Assembly: GCA_016748015.1 (NCBI GenBank)
Contig: JAAOMT010000591.1
Location: 137,532-201,531, forward strand
Origin: Geosiphon pyriformis uo1
Lineage: Eukaryota > Fungi > Glomeromycota
Reading direction: 5' to 3'
DNA: 64,000 nucleotides
The notes under the pieces were generated by a model. The model was given only the letters and a program-made list of their open reading frames with translations, had not been told where the DNA came from and made no database searches. Positions 21,701-35,496 of this stretch are shown in pieces (the first letter of the stretch is position 1; every line of letters begins with the position of its first letter). Both the position numbers and the translations under genes were made by a program.

Positions 21701-24700
21701 TGTGATGTCGAATATGGAATATATGTAGAGTTGGAATCTTGTGTATTTTTGTTTTCTCTTTCTTTCTTTTTTCCCTTTTCTTCTCAGGCCCAAATTGTTG
21801 ATAACTCACTTTGATCATTGTCAGTCCACCATAATTGGTCAGTATTCTAGATAGATTTTTCTCTTTTCTTTCCTTTTTTTTGGTTATTCTACAATGGTAC
21901 TGGCAGCAGCTCATTGTAATCATTGTTGGCCCAGAAAACTTAATAAGCTTCCCAGGTGAATTTAGTTTTTTTTTCTTCTAGCTTGATTAGTGGTCATGTA
22001 ATGGTTAGTTTAAAGTAGTCACAAGAAACTGGTATTCTTGTATATTGGCCATTCTGGCTTAGCTGGAGTTCCTAGATAGTTCAATCGAATACTATATTGG
22101 TTTTGAACAGCCAATCATTACCAACTAGTGCTTGATATTGGGTGGCTTTTATGACCAATACCTTGATTGATACTATAATGCCATTGACTTCTATAGAGAG
22201 GTTATTAATCTTGCCAATTAGAGTTTTGGTTACTCCATTGGCAGTTATAATTCTGGTACTGGCAGCATAATCAATTTGGTGATCTAATTGGTCTATGAGT
22301 TGTTATGTGATAATACTGCCTGCTGACCCACTATCTAATATTAGTTTGATGGGATGGTCATCAACTTTAGCATCAGTGTATATGATAGTAATTGGTTTTT
22401 CTTTAAGTGCGACTCCACTGAACAATGACATGGATGATGGTTTCTCAAGTTCAAATGGAAAGATTGCTGCTAGTAATTTGTTATTGGTAATGGTGGCTAG
22501 AAGTATATTGCTAGTAAGTAGTGGTGTTTAGTTGGTTTCTAAGTTATTGGATAAGGCATTTTCTGGGTTAATCAAAAGACTTAAATAGTTCTGAGAATTC
22601 GAGTTTTGAGTGTATCCAGTTCCTGAACTTTGCTGGCATGATTCTGATGGCTGGTTGGATAAACTGGGAATTGGTTAGTAGACAACCATTACCAATCTCC
22701 AGTTTTGAATGACTCTTGATCTGAGATTTTCTGACATCATCTGAGCTGAGTTTGGTGGTGGTGTGAGAATTTGTTGGGGTTGATATATTATTTGTGACTG
22801 TGGTTGATAAATAACTAGTGCTGGAGTCTGATAAATGAGTGGTTGATAAATTGGCAGCTGTGTCACTAATAGATAATTTAATTGATATATTTCTGGATTG
22901 GGTTGATATCTCGGAGTTGAAAACCAGTAATTGGAGTTTTAATATTAATTTCTTGATCATTGGTTATCTATTTTTAACCTGCAATCAATTCTCAAATGTC
23001 CTTGTTTACCACAGTAGTGACAAATATGCATCTCCTGCTACCATTGTTGATTGGTTGAGGAGGATGAGCATAATTGATTTGGGAACTAATTTGCATTTCC
23101 TTGAGTATTGTGTCATTGTAAAGGTTAATAAATTGTCTAATTGTTAGCTAAGTATTCCTCTAATTTTTGGTTAATGGAATCACTGAATTGTTTCAACTTA
23201 GAATTCAATTCAGATGATCTGTTTATCACTAGATTAATGGCTTGAGTGTGATTAGCTTCGAGTTTAGCAGATTCAAAATTTCTTGTATTGGTAACTGCAT
23301 CTTGAAGAGTTTATAGGTATATTGAGCATATGCATTAGAGGATGCTACTGCATAATCCATGGATAAACTGGTTTAGAATCTGTGGTGCTGTAAAGTAATT
23401 TGCATCAATTGCTTGTATTTGATGTAAGTTCCTATGGAAGCATTCTAAGTAAGTAGTGACTGCTTCAGTTTTTTTTTGCTTTATAGTTGTAAATGTATTT
23501 GCCAAGCAATTAATGCTATTATTGTTACTGAAATATCTCACAAACTCCAGTTTGAATTCTTGAAAAGTTTAGAGTTTAGCAGTTAAACTCTGATACCATG
23601 AATTGGCAGTATCTTGGAGAAAATAGAGGATCGCTTAAAAGACTCTGTTATCATTCCATCCATTGGCTGCAATGACTTTTTTCACATCATTGAGCCATAC
23701 TTGTGCATTGTTCTCTTTGCCAGTGAATTTCTCAATTTTGGCAATGGGTGTATATACTATTGATACTAATGGTAGTTGTTATTGCAGTTGTAGTTGTTGT
23801 TGTATTTGCTGCTAGGGTGGTAGTTGTGATTGTTGTTGTTGCTGTTTGTTGATTAGTGGGGCTGATGGTGAATTAATTATGATTACTGGAGGTAAGTTTT
23901 TCTGAGTAATAATATTGGAATTTGGATCATTCTGATTTTCCAAAGTTTGATTAACCAGAGTTTTAATTTCTGAATTTTCTAGGACCAAATTTTGCTTGCT
24001 AATTTCTTAATTGCTATCTTCTTCTTTCTTAGAGTCAGTTATTTCTCAAAAATTAATGGTTTCAAAATCTGGTTGTAGTGGTGGTAATCAAATTCCTAAT
24101 AGTGTTGGGGATTAAAATTTAAATCCCTTAAAATAATCACTGTATGTTCTTAATAACTCTGCTTTTTTTTGTTTACCTTGAAATAGAATTCTGTTTAGTA
24201 GTATTGTCACACTTACTGTAGTCATGCTTATTATATTGATGGTACTTTCAGGTATGTGGTAGTATGATGAATTAATAAGTGAATCAAATTTTTGTTTCTT
24301 CCAAGTAGATAGTTGGATTTGTTTTGGTGTTCTTGCTGGTGTTTGTAATTTTCTTTTTTTCTTGTCAGCAAAAGTGATAGGAAATCTTTGCTTGGTGTAT
24401 TTTTCAATTTCTTTGTTTATTTCTGTAATTAGGGGTGCAAATAAGTAGTTTTATAGGAGAGTAGTGTTTTGGAGTAGTTTGCTAAAGAAATTGTTGAAGG
24501 CAGATTCTGAATCTTCTTGGTTTCTTAAATGATATACTATTCTCTTATTGACATAGCAATTGAAAGCTGATTCTGTTGGTCAACTATTATTTGTTAATTC
24601 AAGATGAGTGTAATAATGTTGGAATAAAGATTTTGTGAATCCCAAATGATTTGTCTCTGTTTTTTCGGATTCTGCTACTGTTTTGGATAGGTGTTTGTTG

Positions 24701-24743
24701 GTGTTGGTTCTCTGTTGAATTATATTTTACAGAAAGCACCAAA

Positions 24744-25566
24744 TGTTACAGATAATTATTTGGGGTCTCAAAGCAAATAACAAATCTGTAACTTGGTGCT
24801 TAATTGATATAATGATCTTGGTTTCTAAAGGTTGTTTGTATCTGAAGGTTTTTGGGTTATCTGAAGGTTTTGGATTAGTTTTTTGTATAATGGACAGAGA
24901 TTCAATTGTTGTTTCAATAGCTTCCTGGAATTGCAATTCTGTCAAATTTTTTTTTAGTATGGTGGCTGGTAATCTTTTTGGTAAACTATTCTCAATTCTA
25001 TGAGTGTTCTACCCTTGTTTTATGAGTTTTTTACCAGTCCCTATAACATCTGTAACTCAGCACTTTTTAATTCTTAATCAATTAGTAAAACAAAAGAAAT
25101 CACCAAAAAAATAAAAAATAAATAAAAAGAAGATAAAAAAATAAGCCCAGACAATTGCAAGTTAGTATCCTGTCAATAGCTGTAATTAAGAGTTATTGTT
25201 CCAGTGTGGTTAAGTATCAACTACTATCAACATAAAATGTTGATAATGAAAAGTGGATTTGAGATATTGAATAATTATTTATTGATATTTGTGAGGTAAA
25301 AAATTGCTTAGATCAAATCTAAACTGAGAGGTCTGTTTTTTCTTCTTCTAATACTACCACTATATATACATAATTGAGGTTCTATGAAATCACTTACATT
25401 TCTGAGTGATGTACTATAATTTCTTGAGCAATGTTTATATTTCTGAGCAATATGTCTTAATTTTCTAACATTGTTCCACATTGCTGAGCAATATGCTCAT
25501 GTGCTATCTACTATTTTTTTATTGGTCAACTATTTTCTATATTTGTTTTTTTTTTTATGAGTAACA
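24744..25566 (-). repeat. 5' LTR of E2 (U3 type B1), with PBS at ~24725-24743
   Basis: TGTTAC...GTAACA termini, CATTGCTGAGCAAT repeats and an adjacent AGCACCAAA (PBS complement). Confidence 0.92.
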
Positions 25567-27769
25567 CCATTTTTTTTTCTTTTTTTGTAATATACTATAT
25601 AATTAAATAGTAAAAGTTCTATTTTTTATTTAGCATGGCAATCATCTCCAAATTTTTGCTTCTAAATTGATGGTTGGTATATATGTTGAATTTCTGGCTT
25701 AAGTATTTCTTCTACTTTATAACTGCCCAATAGATTTTTAAGTGTTCTAATACTGGTGTTTCATAGTTTTTTTCAGCTAGACTTAAGCTGCAACTAGCAT
25801 ATGCTACTGGATGTTCTCTTTTATTTGATTTTTTCTGAGATAGTACTGCTCCTAATACTTGACCTGACATATTGGTTGTGATTATAAATAGCTTGCTATT
25901 ATCTGGATAGATCAGTACTAGAGCTTGAATAAGCTTTTTTCTTAACATATTAAAAGCTTTTTGCTGAGTTTCTGTTCATTTATATTTGGTGTTCTTTGTT
26001 TAGAGCTGGTATAATGGCTGAGCCAGTTTGGAAAAGTTTTTGATAAAGCATCAGTAGTAATCTGCAAATCCCAAAAATGCTTGTAGTTTAATCAAATTGG
26101 TGAGTACTGGAAAGTTTTTAACTATTTTAATTTTGTTTGGATCTGTTTTGATTTCATCTTTGGTTATGACATGACCCAAAAACTTGAGTTCAGTTTTTCT
26201 AAAGAAATACTTGATTGCATTTAATTTTAATTTCACTCTTCTTAGTTTTTTAAATACTTGTTGAAGATGGTACAAATGATCATTAAATGTCTTGGAGAAC
26301 ACATTGGTGTCATTTAAATATATGACTACTGATTTCTATAGCAATCTGATATAGACAATTTCCATAAGTTATTGAAATATGACAAGAGTATTCATCAGAC
26401 CAAATGGCATAACTTCAAATTCAAAATTTTTTTTTCAAGTTGTAAAAGCCATTTTCTCTTTATTTTTTGGTTTTATGACTACTTGCCAGTAACTACTGTC
26501 TAAGTCTAATATTGAGAACTATTTTTTTCTTTTAAAAGCATTAAAAAGTTCTTTGATCTTTGGAATTAGGTAGCTATCTTCTTTGGTTATTCTATTAAGT
26601 TTTCAGTAATCCACACAAAAGTGAATTTTCCTATTTTTCTTATAGACTAGTACTACTGGTAATGACCATAGACTCATTGATGGTTGAATTAACCTATTGT
26701 CTAACATCCAGTTAATTTCTTGTCAGATGATTTTATGGCTTGCAAATAGTACTCAGTATGCTTTTTGTTTAATTGGTATTATATCTCCAGTCTTGATTTG
26801 ATGTTGAATTATGTTTATTCTACCAAATTTATTTTTACTTACAAAGATGTTGTTAAAGTTATTGAGTAACATCTTAAGCTACATCCATTGTAGTGGGTCT
26901 AAATTTTCCAAGTTCATCTGTTCTAATTGTTTTGGTTGGAGCAGATAACATTTGTCTTGTCCATATATTGTTTGTGATGTAATATTCACATATTTACACA
27001 GTTGTAAAAAGTCTGGAATAAGATTTGGTGATTGTTCTTTAACTTCAGTGCTTAAATATCTGATGGTAGTTCCTTTTGGTATTTCAAGAACATTTCCTGT
27101 TGTGTTGTAGATGAGAATTTTGATATGTTTTGGGCTCTTGACTAGTATGTAAAAATTGATAAGTCCAATCTTTTTTGATTTACAAATAGTAGTTTCCACT
27201 TCAAAAATTTGGGCTTGATCTTTTATTCTCTTTTTTATGACTAATATATACTGGTTATATAGTGGAATAGAAATTGATTGATGAGTGGAAATAATTTTTC
27301 TCTTGTTAATAACTTCTTTCTCTGCCATATTAACTGGTATATTTATTCTATCTCTGAATTTGAATCTACTAATTCCTCTTGCTATTATTCCTAATTCCTC
27401 TTTTTTTTTACTAACACTAATTGAGCTATTTTAACCAGAGACAGAAATATTGTCTGTGCTATTTTTTTGTTTGGCTTTATGATATAGGTTTTTTCTAAGT
27501 TATTTTGTAGTATTACAATAATATTTTCTACATATTTTGCATCAATTATTCCTCCTCTAATATTGATTCCTTTTTTTGCTAAACTATTCTTAGATGCTAA
27601 TTAAACTATTATTGTTGTTGAGATTTCCAGTGCTATTTTGAAATCAATACAGGTGTGTAAATGTGGTTCCAATTTTATGGTTTTTTTCTCTGGATATCTT
27701 AGATTAAACCCTATGTCAGTATCATATACATGTTTGGGCATAATACCTTCATCATTATCACTGAACCAT

Positions 27770-28600
27770 TATTACTCATAAAATATAGAAAGTATATTAG
27801 CATACAAATTAGCCAATCAGAGATAGCTGTAGTAAATGTGGAATTCCAGGATTCCAGGAATTTCAAGATTTTTATACAAGAAATCGCAGAATTTTAGAAT
27901 TCCAGGATTTCTCTCAAAAAAAATTGCAAGATTCCAGGAATTCCAAGATTCCTGGTGTGAAAAATTGAGGAATTAAGGAATCTCAATTATGTATATATAG
28001 CAGTAGTGCTAGAAAGAGAAAAAACAGAATCTTTTAATTAGAGACCTTTTCATTTAAATTTAATCTAAGCAACCTTTCACATCACAAATATCAAATAAAT
28101 AATTATTCAATATTTCAAATCCACTCTCTACTATCAACATTTTATGTTGATAATAATTGATACTTAACTACATTAAAACAATAGCTCTTGATCATGGCTA
28201 TTGACAGAATACTAACCATTATTGCCTTGGCTTATTCTTTATTTTTCTTTCTTTTCTTTATATTTTTTTTTGTTATTTCTTCTGTTTATTAACTTGATTA
28301 AAGGATTCACATGCAAAGGTACTGACGTTAAGATATAGTGACTGGTAAAAGACCCAGAAATAAGAGTAGAACACTCAATTAAAGATAGCTTACTAGGAAG
28401 AATACCAGTCATCATGTTAAGAAAGAAATTGACAAAACTGTGGTTTCGGGAAGCTATAGATAACACAACTATTAAATTTTTGTCTATTATACAAAGAACT
28501 CTACACCAAAATCTTCAAATATCAACACCAGAAATACCAATCAAGTACTAAGTTATGGGTTTGTTATTTGACTTGAGACTCTAAATAATTACTTATAACA
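27770..28600 (+). repeat. 5' LTR of E5 (B2), with decayed PBS at 28601-28619
   Basis: TATTAC...ATAACA termini followed by TTTAGTGCTTCTTGTAAGG. Confidence 0.92.
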
Positions 28601-28662
28601 TTTAGTGCTTCTTGTAAGGTATAATTTTACAGAAAACCAGCACCAACAATCCCATCCAAACA

Positions 28663-31600
28663 GTGGCAAAATCCAAAAAAATAGGAACAAACCATTTAAG
28701 ATTTGCAAAATCCTTATTACAACATTATCACACTCATTTTGGATTAACAAATAATAGTTGGCCAACAGAATCAGCTTTTAATTGCTATATCAACAAAAGA
28801 ATAGTATATCATTTGAAAGACCAAAAAGATCTAGAATTTGCCTTTAACAATTTTTTCAGTGAATTGCTCCAAAGCACTACTCTTCCACAAAACTACCTAT
28901 TTGCACTCCTAATTACAAAAATAAACTGAAAAATTGAAAAATACACCAAACAGAAATTTTCTATCATTTTTACCGATAAAAGAAAAAGAAAGTTACAAAC
29001 ACCAGCAGGAACACCAAAGCAAATCCAACTATCCAATTGGAAAAAACAAAAATTTGATTCATCTGCTAACCTATTATATTACCACACACCTGGAAGCACT
29101 ATCAATATAATAAGCACAGTTACAGAAAGCATGAAAACACCACTAAACAGAATCTCATTCCAAAATAAACAAAAGAAAACAGAGTTATTAGGAACATATG
29201 ATGATTATTTTGAGAGATTTAAATCGTGATCCCTAACGCCATTAGGAATTTGATTACCACCACCACAACCAGATTTCAGAGCCATTAGTCTTTAGGAAAT
29301 AACTGATTCTGAGGAAGAAGAGAATAGCAATCAGGAAAATAGTAATCAAAACACAATCTTAGAAAAACCAGAAATTGGGACTCTGGTTAATCAAAACCTG
29401 AAAAACCAGAACAATCAAAACCTTGACATTAATAATTAACAACACTTACCTCCAGTAATCATAATTAATCCACCACTAGCTCCACCAATTACCAAACAGC
29501 AACAACAGCCACAACTATTACTCCAACAACAAATCCAGCAGCAATCACAACAACAACCAATGGCTTATGTTCTAATTGCCAAAATAGAGAAATTTACTAG
29601 TGAAGAGGATAATGCCCAAGTATAACTCAACAATGTGGAAAAAACCATCGCAGCCAATGAATGGAATGATGACAGAGCCCTTCAAGCAATTCTCTATTTT
29701 CTACAGAATACTGCTGACTCATGGTATCAGAGTTTAGCTGCTAAATCTCAAACATTCTAAGAATTTAAAATTGCATTTTTGGGATATTTTAGTAATAATA
29801 ACAGTATTAATCACCTGGCCAACATCTTTACTACAATTAAACAGGAGAAAACTGAAGCAGTTATCACTTACTTGGAATGCTTTTACAGGAACTTGTGCCA
29901 AATTCAAGCAATTCAAGCTGATTATTTTACAGTGCCACAGATCCTAAACCAGTTCATTTGTGGACTGCACAGTAGTCTTCTTCAATGCGTATGCCCAATG
30001 CACCTACAGATTCTTCAGAATGCAGTTACCAATGTGAAAGATTTTGAATTAGCAGAACTTGAAACAAACCATGCCCAAGCCATTAAACTAGTCATGAATA
30101 GATCATCTGACTTGGATTCCAAATTGAAACAACTCAGTGATTCAATTAATTGGAAATTGGAAGGATACTTAGCTAACAATTGCACAATTTATCAACCACT
30201 ACAACAACGCAATAACTCAGAAAACACGAATTGTTTCCAAAATCAGTCACATCTATTATCATCTTCTTCTTCTTCAAATTAGCTGTGGCAACAAGAGATG
30301 TATGTTTGCCATAACTGTGGTAAACAAGGCCACATTAGAGCCAACTGCTGATTTTATAGTAATTACTTATGATCAGGAAATCAATATTAAAATCCCAATT
30401 GCCAGTTTCAAGCTCTGAATTATCAATCTAACTCAGCACCATATCAACCAAATTACTTACCTATGACACAACAACCAATCTATCAACCACTAATTTATCA
30501 GCCAACAAATCTTGTTGTTTATCAACCGCAGTTTCAATTCATCTATCAGTTACAGTCTCAAGTAATTTATCAACCCCAACAAATTCAAACACCACCTCAA
30601 AACTTATCTTAAAATAGAATTCACAGGCTGAAAATGACATAGCAAAGCTAGAGATCAGCAATGGTAGTTCACTAACCAATCTCAGTTCATCTAATCAATC
30701 TTTGGGATCATGCCAGTAAAGTTCAGGAACTGGGTATAACCAAAACCCAAGTTTTCAGAACTATTTAAGTCTCCTAGTTACTTCAGAAGACACCTCATCC
30801 AACAACTTGAAAACAAACCAGAAAAATCTTACCAACAACATCCCACTAGCTACCATCACCAATGACAAATCACTCACAGCTATCTTCCCATTCAAATTCA
30901 AAGAACTGTCATCCATACTATTGTTCAATGAAGCTGCACTTAAAGAAAAACCAATTACCACCATGTATACTAATGCTAAAATTGATGGCTATTTTATTAA
31001 ACTGATCTTAAACAGTGGATCAGCTGGCAGCATCATCACAAAACAGTTCATGGACCAATTAGGTCCCTGAATTGATCAAGCTGCCAGTGCAAAGATAATT
31101 ACAGTTAATAGAACCACTAAGACTCCAATTGGTAAAATAGATAACCTTCCCATAGAAATTGATGGCATTATAATACCAATTAAAGTTCTGGTAATAGAAG
31201 CCATTCAATACCAAGCTCTAGTTGGTAATAACTGGCTATCCAAAACCAATGTGATGCTTGACTGGACCACTCAAAAGCTGCAAATAAATCAAAACAGCCA
31301 ATATACACAAGTACCAACAACATGTGGCCACTTCAAACCCAGCAACGTCATGTCAACACTACTAATTGATGTCAAGAAAGAGAAGCCAAAACCAACATGA
31401 GAAGCATATCAAGTATTGTGGGCCAACAATGACCACAATGAGCTGCCACTGATATTATTCTGAGATAATAACAGGAAAAGAAAAAAAAACTTATCTGGAG
31501 TACTGATCAAACCTTGTGGGCTGACAATAACTATCAAAAGTTACCACAAACTTGAGAATAGAAAGAGAATAAAAAAGAAAAAAAAAAGGCAAAAGAAGAA

Positions 31601-34600
31601 GAAACAGTCTCAACCAACACTACTAATAGACTATACACCTATACTACATCACCACAGTCTCACTATCGTTGACTAAAGCTAATATGCATTGATTGTGGCA
31701 AAAAATTGTCATCAATAAGTGCATGCTGTAATAATGATGAGAAATACTCAACAGTGACCAAATTTTACTGCCATGCATGTATTATAGAACACTTTGGATG
31801 ACCAAAATGGCAAGGAAAATGGGACAACAAATTCTGTCTAGCTTGTGGAGAAACATTACTCAACAAGAGAATGTGGAATAACATTTCTGGTCAAGGAGGA
31901 ATATGCAATGCTTTATGTTAGTACATAATTCTTATCAGTGATTGGGTTAAGAAAAAAACACCAATAAAAGCCATTTGGAGAAGAGCCATACAGTGATTAG
32001 ACAGTTGTCCACATGACGATGATGAGATATGGAAAATGGCAATTGCCAAAATAGAAGGAGCATTACCTGAAGAAATCAGAGAAATCAAGAACAATCCACT
32101 AGAGCCTGTAGAACTTAATTGAGATCCAGAACCAGTCATAAATCTCTTGGATCCAGAACAATTCTATGAACATTATCAAGAGCTAGTATCTACAAGAGAA
32201 GAGCAGGAGCAATGTTTGGAAGAAATCAATACTCAATTATGTGACCACTGTTTGATTCTATATGACTTTCAATATTGTAATAAATGTGACCTTATTTACA
32301 ATCTACCACCACACATGATCTACACAATACCAGAAGAAAAAGAACTAATCAACAGCTGTGCATCAGAATCAAAATTAATTTTCAATCCCGATTCAAACTC
32401 TAACAATGACAATGACGAAAATAATAATTACAGCTCTGCTCAAAATAGCAACAATTTTAACTCAGATTCAAACTTCGATTCAAACTCCAAACAATATATC
32501 ACACTTCCTAACTTTACCAAGGAACAAGAACTAAAATAGTTCAGTAACAATAATGAAGGTATTATGCCAGAATGCATGCATGATATTAATGCAGGATTTG
32601 ATCTAAGATATTTAGGAAAAAATGCCATTAGATTGGAACCATATTCGTGCATATGCATCAATTTCAAAGTAGTATTAGAAATTTCAACAACAACTATGGT
32701 ACAACTAGCATCTAAGAGTAGCTTAGCAAAAAAAAGAATCAACATCAGAGACGGAATAATTAATGCAGAATATATAAAAAATATTATTACAATGCTACAA
32801 AATGATTCAGAAAAGACTTATATCATAGAGCCAAATGAAAAGATAGCACAGACAATATTCCTGTCTCTGGTGAAAGTACCTCAATTAGTATTAATGAGAA
32901 ACCAAAAAGAATTAGGAATTACAGCTAAAGGGATACAGAGTTTTGGATTAATGGATAGAATAGACATACCAGTTAATATGACAAAAGAAAAAATTGTTGA
33001 CAAAGAAGAAATTATCTCAATCTGTCAATCAATTTCTATTCCACCATATAATCAGTACACATTAGCTATAAAGAGGAAAGTAAAGAATCAAGTTCAGTTG
33101 TTTGAAACAAAAGTTACTGTCTGTGAATCAGGAAAAATTGGACTCACTAATCTTTACATATCAGCCAAAAGCCCCAAAAACATCAAAATTCCCATCTACA
33201 ACACAACTGGAAATGTTATTGAGATACCAAAAAAAATCATCATCAGATACTTAACCACTGAAGTTAAGAATCAACCACCAAACTGCATTCCAGATTTTTT
33301 ACAGCTTTGTGAATATGTGGATATCACATTACAAACCATTTATAAACAAAGTAAATGTTATCTGTTCCAGCTGGAATAATTAAAACAGATGAATTTGGGA
33401 AACTTAGATCTACTTCAATGGATACAACTCAAGATATTACTTAATAATTTCAATGACATTTTTACCAGTGAAGATGAATTTGGCAGGACTAACATAATCC
33501 AGCACCAGATCAAGACTGGAGATACAATGTCAATAAAACAAAGAACATATAGAGTACCACCAGCCAGCCATGAGATCATTCATCAAGAAATTAACCAAAT
33601 GCTTGACAATAGGCTAATTTAGCTATCAATGAGCCCATGGTCATTATCAGTAGTACTAGTCCAGAAGAAAAATGGAAAGATTTGTTTTTGTGTGGATTAT
33701 CCAAAACTGAATAGAGTAACTAAAGATAATAGCTATCCAACTCCAAAAATCCAAGAACTATTTGACACTTTTGGAGGAAATAAATGATTTTCAACACTAA
33801 ATTTAGATAGTGGTTATTGGCAAGTAGTCATGGATCCAGCTGACAAAGAGAAAACAGCATTTACCACAAGAGAAAGAAATTTTGAGTTTAAAGTCATGCT
33901 ATTTAGATTGATGAATACACCAGTCATATTCCAATGGCTAATGAAAATTGTGTACACTGGACTACTATGGAAGTCAGTAATCATATACTTGGATAACACC
34001 AATGTGTTCTCAAGAACATTCAATAATCATCTTCACTATTTCCAACAAGTATTTGAAAGACTCAGATGAGCAGGATTGAAACTAAATGCCAACAAATGTT
34101 TCTTTGAGAAAACAGAACTAAAGTTCTTGGGACATGTTGTAAATAAAGACAGCATTAAAACAGATCCAGACAAGATTGAAGTTGTCAAAAACTTTCCAGT
34201 ACTAAACAATCTCACAGAACTAAGAGCATTTTTGAAATTTGCAGAGTACTATTGCCACTTTATCAAAGACATTTCTAAACTGGCCCAGCCACTCCATCAT
34301 TTACAAACTAAGAATGTAAAGTATGAATGGACAGAAGCTCAACAAAAAACATTTGACACACTGAAAAAAAAGCTTATTCAAGCTCCAGTGTTGATGTATT
34401 CAGATCACAGCAAACTATTCATTATTACTAATGATACATCAAACCAAGCATTGGAAGCAGTACTATCACAAAATAAACCAGATAGAAGAAAACATCTAGT
34501 AGCATATGCCAGCTGAAGCTTGAGTCCAGCTGAAAAGAACTATGGAACACTAGTATTGGAACACTTAGCAATCTATTGGACAGTCATGAAATAGAAAAAA

Positions 34601-34790
34601 TACTTAAGCCAAAAGTTTGAAATATATATGGATCACAAAGGATTGACTTTAATTTAGAAGCAAAAATTTGGAGATGATTACCATGCCAGATAGAAAATAG
34701 AACTTTCACCATTCAATTATATGGTACATTATAAAAAGGGAAAAAAACAATGGAAATGCCAACAGATTGTTGTGAATGAGACAAATCTAA
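28663..34790 (+). pseudogene. gag-pol: gag-pol polyprotein of E5
   Basis: ORF fragments for capsid (29779), PR (30807), dUTPase (32564) and RT/RNase H (33830, 34076). Terminal TAA at 34788-34790. Confidence 0.92.
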
Positions 34791-35496
34791 AAACATTTCA
34801 ACCCAAAAATATAACAAAAGATGAATATACAAAAATACCAACAACTTCAACATTATATAAATACCCAATTGTTCAAGGAGAAATTATCTCAACAGGAACA
34901 AAAAAACATAAAACAACAAATAAAATATTTTATCAACCACCAAAATATACTTTACTGGAAGAACAGAAGAAATCCAGATCAACCAACCAGAGTAATCACT
35001 GAACCAGAAAAAAAGATAATACTATTTAACATGCATTCAGATCCAACAGCAGGACATTTTCATAAAGAAACAACCATGGAAAAAACCAGAAAAAGATACT
35101 ATTGGCCATTTATGTATTCAGATATTATCCAATATGTGCAGAACTGTGATGCTTGTCAAAGAAGAGATGAAACAAAATCCAGTGAACCATTAAGACCAAT
35201 CAAAGTGGAACAACTATTTAACCACATTAGAATTAACTTAGTTGGATCATTAACAATTACCAGCAGAGGCAACAGATATATTGCAATAGCCATGAACTAT
35301 CTCACAAAATGGCCAGAAGCAAAAGCCATTCAAAGAGCAGATGCAAAATCCATTGTCAAATTTTTTTATCAAGATTTGATTTGTCAACATGGATGTTCAA
35401 AAAAACTACTATTAGATCAAGGAACCCACTTTGTAAACAGAACATTGACAGAATTAAGTCAAAGATTTGGAATTAAAAAACCATTGTCATTACTAT

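Larger units (their letters stand above)
8430..24678 (-). pseudogene. gag-pol: gag-pol polyprotein of E2 (Gag, PR, Cys-rich, dUTPase, RT, RNase H), split by E3
   Basis: Minus-strand fragments 23335-23541 (capsid), 20452-20787 (dUTPase) and 18971-19276 (RT). RNase H is continuous across the ACAT TSD. Confidence 0.88.
5511..25566 (-). mobile_element. E2: chimeric family B Gypsy element with non-matching LTRs; hosts E3
   Basis: Complete domain order on the minus strand, but the LTR U3 types and the flanks (TTGA vs CCAT) differ. Confidence 0.85.

Noticed and set aside
24727-24945. LTR-encoded ORF reading through U5/PBS into gag
   Set aside because: The frame is not preserved between LTR copies (indels not multiples of three), and a stop follows the PBS. 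Conservation is better explained by RNA elements.
34725-34740. TATAAAAA upstream of the integrase ATG as an internal promoter
   Set aside because: It is the HYKK coding sequence and reads TACAAAAA in E4 and E8, so it is not conserved.
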